This document shows, piece after piece, positions 9,719-20,239 of a DNA stretch of 64,000 bases. The first letter of the stretch is position 1. Every line of letters begins with the position of its first letter. Under the pieces are notes generated by a model that saw only the letters and a program-made list of their open reading frames with translations, was not told the DNA's origin and searched no databases. The stretch lies in the IMG/VR virus record IMGVR_UViG_3300045988_149737; one strand, given 5' to 3'. A program made the translations under genes and the position numbers. This stretch comes from a virus (Duplodnaviria; Heunggongvirae; Uroviricota; Caudoviricetes).

Positions 9719-12034
9719 ATGATAAGCATCGTAAAACGTAACGGCCAAACAGAGCCGTTATCCGAAGATAAATACAACCGCGTCGTAATGTATGGCGTAG
9801 AAGACATTCGTGGCGTAAGCGCATCCGCTGTAGCAATGGGAGCTGCGGCCAGCATTTTTGATGGGATTACCACCAGCCAGTTGCATGAGGCTTTGGTTAA
9901 ATCTGCCGCTGATTTGATCTCACCAGAAGCACCAAATTACTCACAGGTGGCTGCCCGCCTGAACATTTTTAAAATTCGCAAAGATGCCTTCGGTCGTTAC
10001 GACTATCCGAACTTCTACCAACACATTGTCAAGAACGTTAACAAGGGCGTTTATGACAAGGATTTGCTGACACATTATTCATTTGAAGAGATCGAAGAAC
10101 TCGGCAATTACATTAAGCCTAAACGTGACGATCTTTTTGGCTATGCAGCTACGGTGCAATTGCAAAGCAAATACCTCGTTCAAAACCGCGTTACTGGTGA
10201 GATTCATGAGGGGCCGCAACATATCTATATGCTGGTAGGCATGTGTCTGTTCCAGAATTGGGAAGACGACTGCGCTGGCAAAACACGTATGGAGATGGTC
10301 AAAGGTTTCTATGACGTTACAAGTACGTTCAAACTGTCTCTGCCCACACCAATCATGGCCGGCGTCCGTACTCCAACCCGTCAGTTCTCCAGTTGTGTGC
10401 TGATTGAGTCTGGCGATAGTCTGAAAGGGATTAGTGCAGCTTCAGCCGCAATTATCGACTACGTTTCACGTCGTGCTGGAATTGGTATTGGTTTTGGCCG
10501 TATCCGTGCGCTGGGCAGCGAGATCCGCAATGGTGAAGCCACACATACCGGAGTTACTCCATTCCTGAAGCATTTCCAGACGGCTGTTAAATCTTGTTCG
10601 CAAGGTGGTGTTCGTGGTGGCGCAGCAACAGCGTTTTACCCGATCTGGCATCTTGAAGTTGAAAGTCTGCTGGTGGTGAAAAATAACCGTGGTATTGATG
10701 AAAACCGCGTTCGCCATCTTGATTACGGCGTCATGAGTAACCGTCTGATGTACCGTCGACTCGTCAGAAGCGAGAACATCACTCTGTTCAGCCCGCATGA
10801 TGTGCCTGATATGTACGAAGCCTTCTTCACAGACCAGGATCTGTTTGAAAAGCTGTACCATGAATACGAAGCCGATGATTCAATTCGCAAGAAGTCAGTA
10901 CCTGCCATTGAGCTGTTCTCATCTCTGATGCAGGAACGAGCGTCCACGGGCCGAATTTATATTGCGAACGTCGATCATATTAACGAGCATGGCGCTTTCA
11001 TTCCTGCTCTTGCACCTGTTCGCCAGTCAAACCTGTGCATGGAGATCACTCTACCCACTCGTCCACTGGCATTTACCGACGACCCGAACGGTGAGATCGC
11101 GCTTTGCACTTTATCCGCTTTTAACCTCGGAGCCATCCGTTCACTGGAGTCTCTTAAAGAGGTGGCGTTCTATGCCGTTGCTGCACTGGATTCGTTACTG
11201 GATTATCAAGACTATCCGATGGAGGCAGCCGAAGTGCCAGCCAAAGCTCGCCGTAGCCTGGGAATCGGTGTAACCAACTTTGCTTATTACCTGGCAAAGA
11301 ATGGCGTTCGTTATTCTGATACCGCTGGCAATAAACTGGTGCATGAAACGTTCGAAGCTATCCAGTATTACCTTCTTGATGCCAGCTGCCGACTTGCTGA
11401 AGCAAAAGGTGAGTGTGACTGGTTTGAGCAGACCAAGTACGCAATTGGTCAGTTGCCGATCGACCATTATCGTTCTTCATTAGACGAAAGTGGCGAAACC
11501 AACTTTGAGTTAAAGATGCCGTGGGAAGAACTGCGTGAACGTATTGCAAAATACGGTCTTCGCAACTCCACACTGACGGCACAAATGCCATGCGAGACTT
11601 CCAGCCAGATCACTAATTCCACCAACGGCATCGAGCCGCCTCGTGGCCCGGTGTCGGTGAAATCTTCTAAGGACGGCATCGTTAAGATGGTCGTGCCTGA
11701 GTTTGAAAAACTGAAGGAACAGTATGAATACCTGTGGGATATGCCGGACAACCGCGGCTATCTGACAAAGGTGGCGATCATCCAGAAGTTCTTTGACCAG
11801 GCTATTTCAGCCAATACCAACTATGACCCTTCTCGCTTTGAAGGCGATAAAGTCCCAATGATGACGCTACTGTCAGATTTGCTTCTCGCCTACAAGATGG
11901 GAGTTAAAACGCTTTACTACCACAACACCAGAGATGGTGCAGGAAAGCGTGATGACGACGAAGCGCAGAATCCACTTACGCAAGCTGTAGCCGTCGAGCC
12001 AGAAGATGAGTGCGACGGAGCCTGCAAAATCTGA
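9719..12034 (+). CDS. nrdA: Ribonucleoside-diphosphate reductase large subunit (class I)
   Basis: 771 aa; N-terminal ATP-cone-like region and long conserved stretches of class Ia alpha subunit; followed by an nrdB-like gene. Confidence 0.9.
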   Translation: MISIVKRNGQTEPLSEDKYNRVVMYGVEDIRGVSASAVAMGAAASIFDGITTSQLHEALVKSAADLISPEAPNYSQVAARLNIFKIRKDAFGRYDYPNFYQHIVKNVNKGVYDKDLLTHYSFEEIEELGNYIKPKRDDLFGYAATVQLQSKYLVQNRVTGEIHEGPQHIYMLVGMCLFQNWEDDCAGKTRMEMVKGFYDVTSTFKLSLPTPIMAGVRTPTRQFSSCVLIESGDSLKGISAASAAIIDYVSRRAGIGIGFGRIRALGSEIRNGEATHTGVTPFLKHFQTAVKSCSQGGVRGGAATAFYPIWHLEVESLLVVKNNRGIDENRVRHLDYGVMSNRLMYRRLVRSENITLFSPHDVPDMYEAFFTDQDLFEKLYHEYEADDSIRKKSVPAIELFSSLMQERASTGRIYIANVDHINEHGAFIPALAPVRQSNLCMEITLPTRPLAFTDDPNGEIALCTLSAFNLGAIRSLESLKEVAFYAVAALDSLLDYQDYPMEAAEVPAKARRSLGIGVTNFAYYLAKNGVRYSDTAGNKLVHETFEAIQYYLLDASCRLAEAKGECDWFEQTKYAIGQLPIDHYRSSLDESGETNFELKMPWEELRERIAKYGLRNSTLTAQMPCETSSQITNSTNGIEPPRGPVSVKSSKDGIVKMVVPEFEKLKEQYEYLWDMPDNRGYLTKVAIIQKFFDQAISANTNYDPSRFEGDKVPMMTLLSDLLLAYKMGVKTLYYHNTRDGAGKRDDDEAQNPLTQAVAVEPEDECDGACKI

Positions 12035-12134
12035 CATATGGTGGGGTATATCCCCACCTTATCTTTGATTTGTAAGCCTTGTTTAAACACATAAGATAAC
12101 AACTTGTTTAAACACATCAAAAAAGGAAAAACAC

Positions 12135-13277
12135 ATGTCATATTCAACGTTCCGTTTGGGTGCTAATGATGCAACCAAAGAGCCTATGTTCCTCGGACAA
12201 TCTGTCAACGTGGCACGTTACGATCAGCAAAAATACCGTGATTTTGAAAAGTTGATTGAACGTCAATTGTCTTTCTTCTGGCGGCCGGAAGAAGTTGATA
12301 TTTCGAGCGATCGTATCGACTTCAACACGAAGCTGCGAGACCACGAACGTCACATTTTTCTGAGCAATCTCCGTTATCAAACGTTACTCGATTCAGTTCA
12401 GGGACGTAGCCCAAATGCAACGCTGCTGCCGCTTATCTCTATTCCTGAACTGGAAACGTGGGTTGAAACATGGTCTTTCTCTGAGACTATCCATAGCCGC
12501 AGCTACACCCACATTATTCGTGGCATGGTGGACGATCCGAGCATTGTTTTTGACGGTATTGTTACGGATGAAGAAATCATCAACCGAGCGATCAGTATCT
12601 CTGCTGAATATGACAGGCTTTATGGGATGACCTGCGAGCGCCAGTCGTTAGGTGAGAAAGAGTTTGAACGTCTGTACGTAAATGAATATGGCTGGGAGCC
12701 ATACCCTTTGCATCGTCAGCTTTTCCGCACGTTGGTGTCCATTAATGCGCTTGAGGCGATCCGTTTCTATGTAAGTTTTGCATGTACGTTTGCCTTTGGC
12801 GAACGGAAGTTGCTTGAGGGTAACACCAAAATTATGCGCTTTATTGCCCGTGATGAAGCTCTGCATTGCGAAGGAACTGAACGCATGATCCGCTTCATGC
12901 GTACCGGTCGCGAAGGTTTATTGTGGAAAGAGATTGCTGCTGATGAAGAAAACGTCATTTACGACACCATGAAATCAGTCGCCGAACAAGAAATGAACTG
13001 GGCAGACTATCTCTTCAAAGACGGTTCGATGATTGGTTTAAACGCGGATATTCTGAAGACCTATGTAAAATACCGAACCAATCTGGCTATGAATCGTCTT
13101 GGCCTGAAGGCTTTATTTCCAGAAGTTACCACAGATCCGCTGGTCTGGATGAACAAGTGGTTGTTAACCGACACACTGCAAATTGCACCACAAGAGGCAG
13201 AGCAAAGCACATATCTGGTAGGTCAGATCGATTCTACCGTGGATAAGGCTTCTCTAAGCCAGTTTGCAGACCTGTAA
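12135..13277 (+). CDS. nrdB: Ribonucleoside-diphosphate reductase small subunit (class I)
   Basis: 380 aa, di-iron/tyrosyl radical family features; directly downstream of nrdA. Confidence 0.85.
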   Translation: MSYSTFRLGANDATKEPMFLGQSVNVARYDQQKYRDFEKLIERQLSFFWRPEEVDISSDRIDFNTKLRDHERHIFLSNLRYQTLLDSVQGRSPNATLLPLISIPELETWVETWSFSETIHSRSYTHIIRGMVDDPSIVFDGIVTDEEIINRAISISAEYDRLYGMTCERQSLGEKEFERLYVNEYGWEPYPLHRQLFRTLVSINALEAIRFYVSFACTFAFGERKLLEGNTKIMRFIARDEALHCEGTERMIRFMRTGREGLLWKEIAADEENVIYDTMKSVAEQEMNWADYLFKDGSMIGLNADILKTYVKYRTNLAMNRLGLKALFPEVTTDPLVWMNKWLLTDTLQIAPQEAEQSTYLVGQIDSTVDKASLSQFADL

Positions 13278-13354
13278 ACCGATACAAAGCATTATGTGGC
13301 CTGGCAACGCTGGGTCACAATGGATCACAAGAATTAAGAAGGAACAAAACTAGC

Positions 13355-14224
13355 ATGAACTTTACCAAACTGACTGACCACCTGAAACTTGCCACCGATC
13401 GACTCATTGGATTTAAGCCAGAACCATATGAGTTGCATGAAGGCCATGGTGTAGCCACTGAAAGTATTTACAAGATGGTCGATCAGTTTCATGAACTCTT
13501 CCAGCATCCGAGACGCGTTATGCCGACACCAGAGCTGCTTCGTCTCCGTGCAAGCCTGATTCATGAAGAAGCTGTAGTGGAAGGGATTCCAGCCGCAATG
13601 AATGGGGATATTGAGCAACTGCTGGATGCAATGGCCGACTTTTTATACGTTGGTGTTGGTACGATGGTCTCCATCAAAGGTGGTATTTCTACCGGCATGA
13701 CCTATTACACGCAGGAACAGAGCATTGATCGCTTTATGCAGACAATTTTTGTGCCCGGTAACACTGTTTTCGATGATATGGCAATGCCATTTCAGGAAGC
13801 TCGTGAGGCGTCATGTATGCTCGAAGAGCTGGCAGATAAACTTGAGAAGAAGGCTGTTAAGGATTCTGAGCTGATTCAGGAACTGCGCCGTGTAATGAAC
13901 AAAATCTATGTGGCGTGCATGATGACTTATCGACTGGCTGATTTCCTCGGTATCAATGTCGTCGAGCTGGTTGGCGAAATTCATCGGTCTAACATGACAA
14001 AATTATGGCCTGCTGATGTTGAGGAACGTCGCCAGGCTGTGGCCAACTGCAAATACGACTCTTCAGATCTGGGATTCCGCCATGCTGATGGCACCGATAA
14101 GATGATCGGTTTTCGAATTTCCGATGGAAAGATTCTGAAGTCTCCAACCTATAGTGATGTCGATTTATCCTCCTTTGTTGAGCAAGCTAAAGCCTCAGCA
14201 ATGTACGGAATGATCAAAAAATAA
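13355..14224 (+). CDS. hypothetical protein; possible all-alpha NTP pyrophosphohydrolase (MazG/dimeric-dUTPase-like)
   Basis: Real ORF in the nucleotide-metabolism cluster; EGHG...ELLRLRASLIHEEAVVEG and EQLLDAMADFLYV resemble MazG/HisE-type motifs (weak, by eye). Confidence 0.45.
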   Translation: MNFTKLTDHLKLATDRLIGFKPEPYELHEGHGVATESIYKMVDQFHELFQHPRRVMPTPELLRLRASLIHEEAVVEGIPAAMNGDIEQLLDAMADFLYVGVGTMVSIKGGISTGMTYYTQEQSIDRFMQTIFVPGNTVFDDMAMPFQEAREASCMLEELADKLEKKAVKDSELIQELRRVMNKIYVACMMTYRLADFLGINVVELVGEIHRSNMTKLWPADVEERRQAVANCKYDSSDLGFRHADGTDKMIGFRISDGKILKSPTYSDVDLSSFVEQAKASAMYGMIKK

Positions 14225-14394
14225 TTGTAGGTAGTTATCTATCTATGTATATTTAACATGCGTAATAAAACTCTGGAATGACTATTCGTTTTGGTGGCCT
14301 ATGGCCACCATTTTTTTATCTGTCTGGTCTTGTTCTCTCAATGAATGTAAACTCACATGATGAATAAGTAATTACTTATCTTTGTGAGGTTTTT

Positions 14395-15498
14395 GTGTCA
14401 CTACTTTTGAATCGAGAGCATACGAACGGTCAGGTAACAAACGCATCGTATGCAAAAGTTATTGAGACGGTGCTTAAAAGCGGCGTGCAGGCTGATGATC
14501 GCACAGGCACTGGTACTTTAAGCACCTGCTACGTTCCCTCTTATTACATGCTTACTGGTGGGACTGTGCCGCTTATTTCTGGAAAGGCGGTAAATCTTAA
14601 GCCACTGCTTGTCGAACTTGAGTGGTATCTGAAAGGCACGGGCAACATCCAATTTCTCAAGGATAACGGCGTTAAGATTTGGGATGCATGGGCCGATGAG
14701 AATGGCGATTTGGGGCCGGTTTACGGTAAGCAGTGGCGTCGATGGGAAGATACCCGCATCGTGAGCCATAGTGAATATCTGAGCAAGATCGCTACTTTCC
14801 GTGAACGCGGGTACAAAGTCGAGGGATACCTGGGTATCAGTGAAGATCGCGTAGTGCTGTCCCGTGAAATCGATCAGCTACAGCGTATTGTCGATACACT
14901 GCGCACGAACCCTACCGATCGTCGCATCATGCTTAACGCATGGAACGTAGGCGAGCTTGAGGATATGAAACTGCCACCTTGCCACTTTGTCTTCTCTTTG
15001 TGGAGTCGTGAGCTGGATTTTGAAACCCGTTTAACGATGGCAACTGACATTGGTCTTCAACACAGTCGCCTCGGTTACGAGTCTATCTACACCAAGATGC
15101 TATACGATCTGGAGGTGGACGGCAGTGTTACTGAAGCTGAACTGGATGAACTTGGAATCCCCAAACGCATCCTCAACTCCTGCCTCGTACAGCGTAGCGT
15201 AGACACTTTTGTTGGTATGCCATTCAATATTGCTGGCTATGGCATTCTCACTCATTTTCTCGCGAAGATTACGGGTCACATGGCCGGTGCATTTGTGCAT
15301 TTTGGCTTTGACGTGCATTTGTACAACAACCACATGGAAGGTGTGTGTGAGCTAATGAAACGACAGGCTCCAGAGCATTCAGATCCGGTCGTTATTTTCC
15401 CTCATGAATGGTCAGAGTTGGATGATTTCAAATGGGACGAGGTTTTAATTCTTGGCTATGACCCTCTATCGTGGATCAAGGTTCCAGTGGCGGTGTGA
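14395..15498 (+). CDS. thyA: Thymidylate synthase (ThyA family), atypically long, GTG start
   Basis: Motifs GPVYGKQWRRW, PPCHFVF (catalytic Cys), DTFVGMPFNIAGY; about 45-aa insertion after the catalytic Cys region. Confidence 0.8.
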   Translation: MSLLLNREHTNGQVTNASYAKVIETVLKSGVQADDRTGTGTLSTCYVPSYYMLTGGTVPLISGKAVNLKPLLVELEWYLKGTGNIQFLKDNGVKIWDAWADENGDLGPVYGKQWRRWEDTRIVSHSEYLSKIATFRERGYKVEGYLGISEDRVVLSREIDQLQRIVDTLRTNPTDRRIMLNAWNVGELEDMKLPPCHFVFSLWSRELDFETRLTMATDIGLQHSRLGYESIYTKMLYDLEVDGSVTEAELDELGIPKRILNSCLVQRSVDTFVGMPFNIAGYGILTHFLAKITGHMAGAFVHFGFDVHLYNNHMEGVCELMKRQAPEHSDPVVIFPHEWSELDDFKWDEVLILGYDPLSWIKVPVAV

Positions 15499-15499
15499 T

Positions 15500-15913
15500 A
15501 TGGCAAGAGGTATGTATGTCTTATGCGAAATTGAAGGTGTGCTGGCAAATGCCAGCCATCGTAAATCAGTATCTGACGCGGATGCAGGCCAGCTCATTGC
15601 CGGTGATGAACTCATTTTCCCCACTAGCCGTATGTTGCGTGGTTTTGCTCGCTCAGGGGCTGAAGTGGTGCTTATCAGTAGCCGCTCTGAAACTCTTGAA
15701 GCGCCCACTAAACGATGGCTGAAAGATTTTGGCGTTGATTACGACTGGCTTTATCTCGTACCGAATGGCACCAGTTATGAGAAGCATATTAAGCGCACAT
15801 TAGCGGAGCATAAAGGCGATCTGCTTATCGCTGCGCTGGTGCACGATCCTCGACTCCGTGCCGCTTTAGCCGACTCTCACCATCGACCGGTCATCTATGA
15901 GGTGAGCAAATGA
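15500..15913 (+). CDS. hypothetical protein, HAD-phosphatase-like with non-canonical motif I
   Basis: Start moved to the ATG just after the thyA stop; VLCEIEGVL resembles the HAD DxDGT/V motif with Asp replaced. Confidence 0.4.
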   Translation: MARGMYVLCEIEGVLANASHRKSVSDADAGQLIAGDELIFPTSRMLRGFARSGAEVVLISSRSETLEAPTKRWLKDFGVDYDWLYLVPNGTSYEKHIKRTLAEHKGDLLIAALVHDPRLRAALADSHHRPVIYEVSK

Positions 15914-16386
15914 AGATGATCGCTGCTGTTGGCCGTAACTATGAGATCGGCATAGCGAATGAACTCCCCTGGCGTTGTTCTACCGATCTGAAGCTATTTA
16001 AGAGACTCACCAAAAACGCCACTGTCGTTATGGGGCGTAAAACGATGGAAAGTCTCAAACGCCCTCTTCCAGAGCGTCATAACCTCGTTTTGACGCGCTC
16101 TCATGGCTTTGTACCAAATGGATTCTACCCTGCTGGTGTGGATGATGTGTTGCGATTACCAGAGCCTGTGTGGGTGATTGGCGGGGAACAAATTTACTCG
16201 CTATTCATGCCGCATGTTGAAGAGATTTGGCTCTCCCACATCGGCGTTGATGTACCAAACGCCGATGCATTCTTCCCGGCAAGCATGATGCGTAACTTAG
16301 GCTTTGTGCCTGTTGAAACAGCTTATACCCAACGAGCCAGCGAGGAAGAGCCTGGCTTTTCGCAGATCGTATACAGAAGGTCGTAA
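15910..16386 (+). CDS. folA: Dihydrofolate reductase
   Basis: MIAAVGRNYEIG...LPW...VVMGRKT...IGGEQIY, typical type I DHFR pattern. Confidence 0.85.
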   Translation: MKMIAAVGRNYEIGIANELPWRCSTDLKLFKRLTKNATVVMGRKTMESLKRPLPERHNLVLTRSHGFVPNGFYPAGVDDVLRLPEPVWVIGGEQIYSLFMPHVEEIWLSHIGVDVPNADAFFPASMMRNLGFVPVETAYTQRASEEEPGFSQIVYRRS

Positions 16387-17030
16387 TGGATTACCGGATT
16401 GGGATCACTGGTGCTCAGGGCAGTGGGAAAACAACCCTGGCTAAATATATCGACAAACATTACGGAATCCCTTACGTGGATGCTGGTGTCGGAAGTTTGA
16501 TGAGCCGCCTCGGTGTTCGAGTAGGTGATTCTATGCCTCTATATGAGCGGCTTCAGATTCAAATGGAAATAGCAAAGCATATAGAGCTACTTACGCGTGG
16601 TGTTGAAGGCTTTGTTATCGATCGCACACCTGCTGATGTTATGGCCTACACGTTGGATTTGGTCGGCCATACCAATGAAGATCGGTGTATTGAGTTAGCC
16701 CTCGATATCGAAAAGTTTTGCCACAAAACTGCTATTTCAAACTTTAACGCCATTGCTGGCTTACGCCCGGGAGTCGCTCTCTCAGAGCGAGATTACTTGC
16801 GATCACAACGAGCATCATTAGACCGTCTGTATGTCGCTCGTATTGATGCGTTGATGTGCGGGGAACTGACAAAAATTCACCTGCATCCGCAAAGGGGAGA
16901 TCTGCAAACCTTCGTCGTTTCCAACCGATATCGCACAGTTGAAGCAAGAGCCAGATCAGTAATGAGAATGCTCGATAACGCGGTAGAAAAGATAGAAAAC
17001 CTCTTCTGTGGCCGAGTGACCGTTCATTAG
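16386..17030 (+). CDS. P-loop NTPase, putative (deoxy)nucleotide kinase
   Basis: Walker A GITGAQGSGKTT; located in the nucleotide-metabolism cluster. Confidence 0.5.
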   Translation: MDYRIGITGAQGSGKTTLAKYIDKHYGIPYVDAGVGSLMSRLGVRVGDSMPLYERLQIQMEIAKHIELLTRGVEGFVIDRTPADVMAYTLDLVGHTNEDRCIELALDIEKFCHKTAISNFNAIAGLRPGVALSERDYLRSQRASLDRLYVARIDALMCGELTKIHLHPQRGDLQTFVVSNRYRTVEARARSVMRMLDNAVEKIENLFCGRVTVH

Positions 17031-17091
17031 AAATTGTTCGCCTCTTCGACATTGCGACAATAAAACTCTCAAAATGGGTTAAGGATAAAAA

Positions 17092-17511
17092 ATGTTTAGT
17101 GAAATGTTGCTTGAAGATGAACTGGATCGGAAAACAACAGAGGCTTTGATTCGTGTAGCGGACGAACATTCCCGGTCGCTTATGAGCGATCGAGAGGCTC
17201 GTCTGGCTATTCGTGCCATATTCGAAACTGTGCAGGGGCTTGTTGGCGCACAAGTAGGTGAAGCCATTAACATCGCCATGTCTCAGTTCAGTGAAGACAG
17301 TAAAAAGCCTCTGTTTCCTATGCATTTGATGCTGGCTGGTGGCACGGTGCTTTATATCTCTGTTTGTCTGGATAGCAACCAAATCAACATTCTCAACACG
17401 GCGTCAGGTAAGTGGAAAGATCCGGTTGTCTGTGAAACCAGTGAAGAAACTTTGAAAAAAGCGGCTCAATTTGTACGTAGCGCACTACTTAAGGGCGCTA
17501 AGAAGTTGTAA
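17092..17511 (+). CDS. hypothetical protein (139 aa)
   Basis: ORF with RBS. Confidence 0.5.
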   Translation: MFSEMLLEDELDRKTTEALIRVADEHSRSLMSDREARLAIRAIFETVQGLVGAQVGEAINIAMSQFSEDSKKPLFPMHLMLAGGTVLYISVCLDSNQINILNTASGKWKDPVVCETSEETLKKAAQFVRSALLKGAKKL

Positions 17512-17520
17512 GGAGTTCTG

Positions 17521-18078
17521 ATGACAACGATTGTTGCAGGCATCGATATCGAGTCTACGGGACTGGATTTCCTTGCTGGTCATAAAATTATTGAAATCGC
17601 AATTACCCGCTATGAACTGGAGACACAGAGACATATTGATAGTCTGGAGATGCGTTTTAACCCTCGCAGAAACATAGATCCGAAAGCTCAAGCCGTTCAT
17701 GGCATTTCATTGGAACAGCTCGCAGCTGAACCTTTGTTGTCAAATCATGCCAGCGAAATTGGCGCTTATATGGGGGCATGTAGTGCGTGGATTGCTCATA
17801 ACGGCGAAGCGTTTGATATACCATTTATTCGACACGAGTTTTCAGGGTATGGAGTAAGACTGCCAGACGTTCCTGTTATAGATACTATGTTATCGGGATT
17901 GTGGGCCACAGAAGACGGTAAACGTCCACGCCTTGAAGAGTTGGCCTTCTCTCTTGGCTTTATATACGATCATGCCAAAGCACATAGTGCCTTATATGAC
18001 ACAAAATTAATGATGCAATGCTTCTTTAAGGCACGTAATAAGTACGGATTTTTTAAATTACCCTCTGAAATTGTGTAA
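17521..18078 (+). CDS. DnaQ-like 3'-5' exonuclease (DEDDh family)
   Basis: Exo I GIDIESTGL, Exo II AHNGEAFDIPF, Exo III HSALYD. Confidence 0.7.
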   Translation: MTTIVAGIDIESTGLDFLAGHKIIEIAITRYELETQRHIDSLEMRFNPRRNIDPKAQAVHGISLEQLAAEPLLSNHASEIGAYMGACSAWIAHNGEAFDIPFIRHEFSGYGVRLPDVPVIDTMLSGLWATEDGKRPRLEELAFSLGFIYDHAKAHSALYDTKLMMQCFFKARNKYGFFKLPSEIV

Positions 18079-18082
18079 AACA

Positions 18083-18122
18083 AAAGCCTACTTTAAAAAG
18101 TTTAAAGTAGGCTTTCTTTTAA
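18083..18122 (+). terminator. Rho-independent terminator
   Basis: agcctacttta...taaagtaggct hairpin followed by a T-run. Confidence 0.6.
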
Positions 18123-18236
18123 AGAACAGTCGCCTTTCAATCATTTCCTGCCTGTATTTAATACTTTTCCGCCTGATAGGTTTAGTCAAAATGTAGCCAT
18201 CGAAACGCAAATGTAACCAAACAGAAGGAGACTTAC

Positions 18237-19046
18237 ATGAGTTCGGTTGAAAATGTAATGACAAATGATGATCTGGACGAGCTGACAGCCATGTTGCAAT
18301 CACTTGATGAACCAGTAAAAAAAGCTGCACAGGTTGAAAATACTGATGATATTGACGATCTGCTGCTCGGCCTAGATGCTGGCGTAGCCATGAGTTCTGA
18401 TGATGTTGCCGAAGAACTGTTCAATGAAGAAAAAGCAGGTGATTTCAGCTCTGCTTTAAATGAGTTGGAGTTAGCGCATGAGCCTATAAACGTAATTAAC
18501 GCTGAAAGTGTTGAAGCTGCCGAAAACGAGCCAGAACAATTGGGATTTATTGAGGTTGAAGAGTGTGTTGAGGTTAATGATGAATTAAAAGTTCAACAGT
18601 CAAATGATAGCAATACAAATAAAAAAGCTCGTACTGCAAGAGGTCCTCGTTTTACTTTAAGTGATAAAGATGATTCGTTTTTCAATAAAGCGGGCTTAGA
18701 AAAAGATATTTTCTTAGACGCTTACGATAACGCGCCTGTCAAAGCAAAGGATAAGATATTAAACCTTCTTAATTGGTTTAGCGGAGGTCCAGATATTAGT
18801 GTTTACACGGTAATTTCCATGAGACACCTTCTCACAGAAAAGAAGGCTACAAGTAATAGTATTAAGATTGCTTTAATGAGCAATCCAGAAAAACCGTATC
18901 CGCTTAACACTGCGTCAACTCAGGCTGGGCAAATGATGGCTGTATTTCCAGCGACAAGAATTGCTGTTAGAGACGGTGGAAATCTAACATTGAACGAAGA
19001 ATCACCGATCGTTAAGAAGTTTGTCGCGGAGTACACTATTGGATGA
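18237..19046 (+). CDS. hypothetical protein with highly acidic N-terminal half
   Basis: N-terminal roughly 120 aa very rich in Asp/Glu. Confidence 0.5.
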   Translation: MSSVENVMTNDDLDELTAMLQSLDEPVKKAAQVENTDDIDDLLLGLDAGVAMSSDDVAEELFNEEKAGDFSSALNELELAHEPINVINAESVEAAENEPEQLGFIEVEECVEVNDELKVQQSNDSNTNKKARTARGPRFTLSDKDDSFFNKAGLEKDIFLDAYDNAPVKAKDKILNLLNWFSGGPDISVYTVISMRHLLTEKKATSNSIKIALMSNPEKPYPLNTASTQAGQMMAVFPATRIAVRDGGNLTLNEESPIVKKFVAEYTIG

Positions 19047-19229
19047 CGTTCCCCTACTGAAAATAAAGCCCATAGAGAGCTTTATATTGCTGGGTAAGCC
19101 AATCACATACCCAGCACCACAAAAACGCGCCAGAGAGCTTCTCGTTTGCATTTCTGGCGCGTTTTATTTGATTGCCAGACATAAAATCAAATGCAAAAAT
19201 AGGTAATCACTTACCTATCGAGAAAGAAG

Positions 19230-19823
19230 ATGATTGCAGCCGAAAAAATCAAACAGCGAAAGCGCGACAACTCTCTTCGTGACCTCTGGAGAACACCTGA
19301 CTGGCTGTTTTCTGCCATTCAACGTTATCTTGGGGTGACATTTGATGTTGACGTTGCCTGCAACAAGGACAATGCAAAGCTGCCTAATTTCATAGGCGTT
19401 GAGCGTGATGCTTTGAAATCTGAATGGGGACAGCCAGGTACAATTGCCTTCCTCAATCCCCCCTACTCCAAAATCTCCCCCTGGATTGATGCGGCTATAC
19501 GTGAGCAGGCTCGCGGAGTTACAACAGTGATGCTAATTCCTCAATCCCTAGATACAAAGTGGTATGAGCGTGCAACAGAGTGTGCGAATGAGACGATTAT
19601 TCTGTCTGGTGGCCGCGTAGCGTTTGTCGAGCCTGACGTCAATCTGGGTCAGGTAGAAGTAAACATCAACCCAGGTGGCAGTATGCTCGTTGTTTTTCGA
19701 GGATTCTGTCAGGACGCTGGGCACTCTATAAGCAAGATCCCTTTGGACGTCATGAAAAGTCTGGGAGGGTATGATCCTGCGAATGTGATCAGGAAAAAAA
19801 GACCATCAAAGAAGGCTGCTTAG
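19230..19823 (+). CDS. dam: DNA N6-adenine methyltransferase (phage Dam family)
   Basis: N-terminal WRTPDWLF, catalytic NPPYS motif, size about 200 aa typical of phage Dam. Confidence 0.75.
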   Translation: MIAAEKIKQRKRDNSLRDLWRTPDWLFSAIQRYLGVTFDVDVACNKDNAKLPNFIGVERDALKSEWGQPGTIAFLNPPYSKISPWIDAAIREQARGVTTVMLIPQSLDTKWYERATECANETIILSGGRVAFVEPDVNLGQVEVNINPGGSMLVVFRGFCQDAGHSISKIPLDVMKSLGGYDPANVIRKKRPSKKAA

Positions 19824-19844
19824 TTTGTTCTGGCGTCTGTAATT

Positions 19845-19903
19845 AGCCTGCTTCTGTATATATAAATAACTACATATTAATTATTAATATACGGAAGCAG
19901 GCT
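19845..19903. other. Long AT-loop palindrome (copy 1 of 2), probable bidirectional terminator or protein-binding site
   Basis: agcctgcttctgtatatat...atatacggaagcaggct; nearly identical element at about 49540-49594. Confidence 0.5.
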
Positions 19904-20008
19904 GTTTTGTATCAGAGACTCCAGACCTGAACATCACTACAGAATCCACTAGAACCCCTTCCCAGACGCTTTAAAATCGATTTTATGAATCACTTTAAGG
20001 AAACTAAC

Positions 20009-20239
20009 ATGTCATACCCGACTAATGTCGTTGCGCTCGTAGAGAGCGATTTTCTGGCCCAGGCCCGTGAAATGATGAAAGATCGCGAGCAGGCTTTCAA
20101 CTTGTACGAATGGGCAATTAAGTGCTTGCATCTTGGGGAGCATCGCGAACTTGTTGAACAGCTTTTAGGTGAGTTGATTAACGAGGTGTTTGCCTTGAAT
20201 GTTCAACTACATGGTCGAGAAAATAATCAATCGAAATGA
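20009..20239 (+). CDS. hypothetical protein (76 aa)
   Basis: Start chosen at internal ATG with aaggaaactaac RBS. Confidence 0.4.
   Translation: MSYPTNVVALVESDFLAQAREMMKDREQAFNLYEWAIKCLHLGEHRELVEQLLGELINEVFALNVQLHGRENNQSK

Noticed and set aside
16744-17382. 212-aa minus-strand ORF
   Set aside because: Antisense to the P-loop kinase gene and ORF 17092; + strand genes have the better context.
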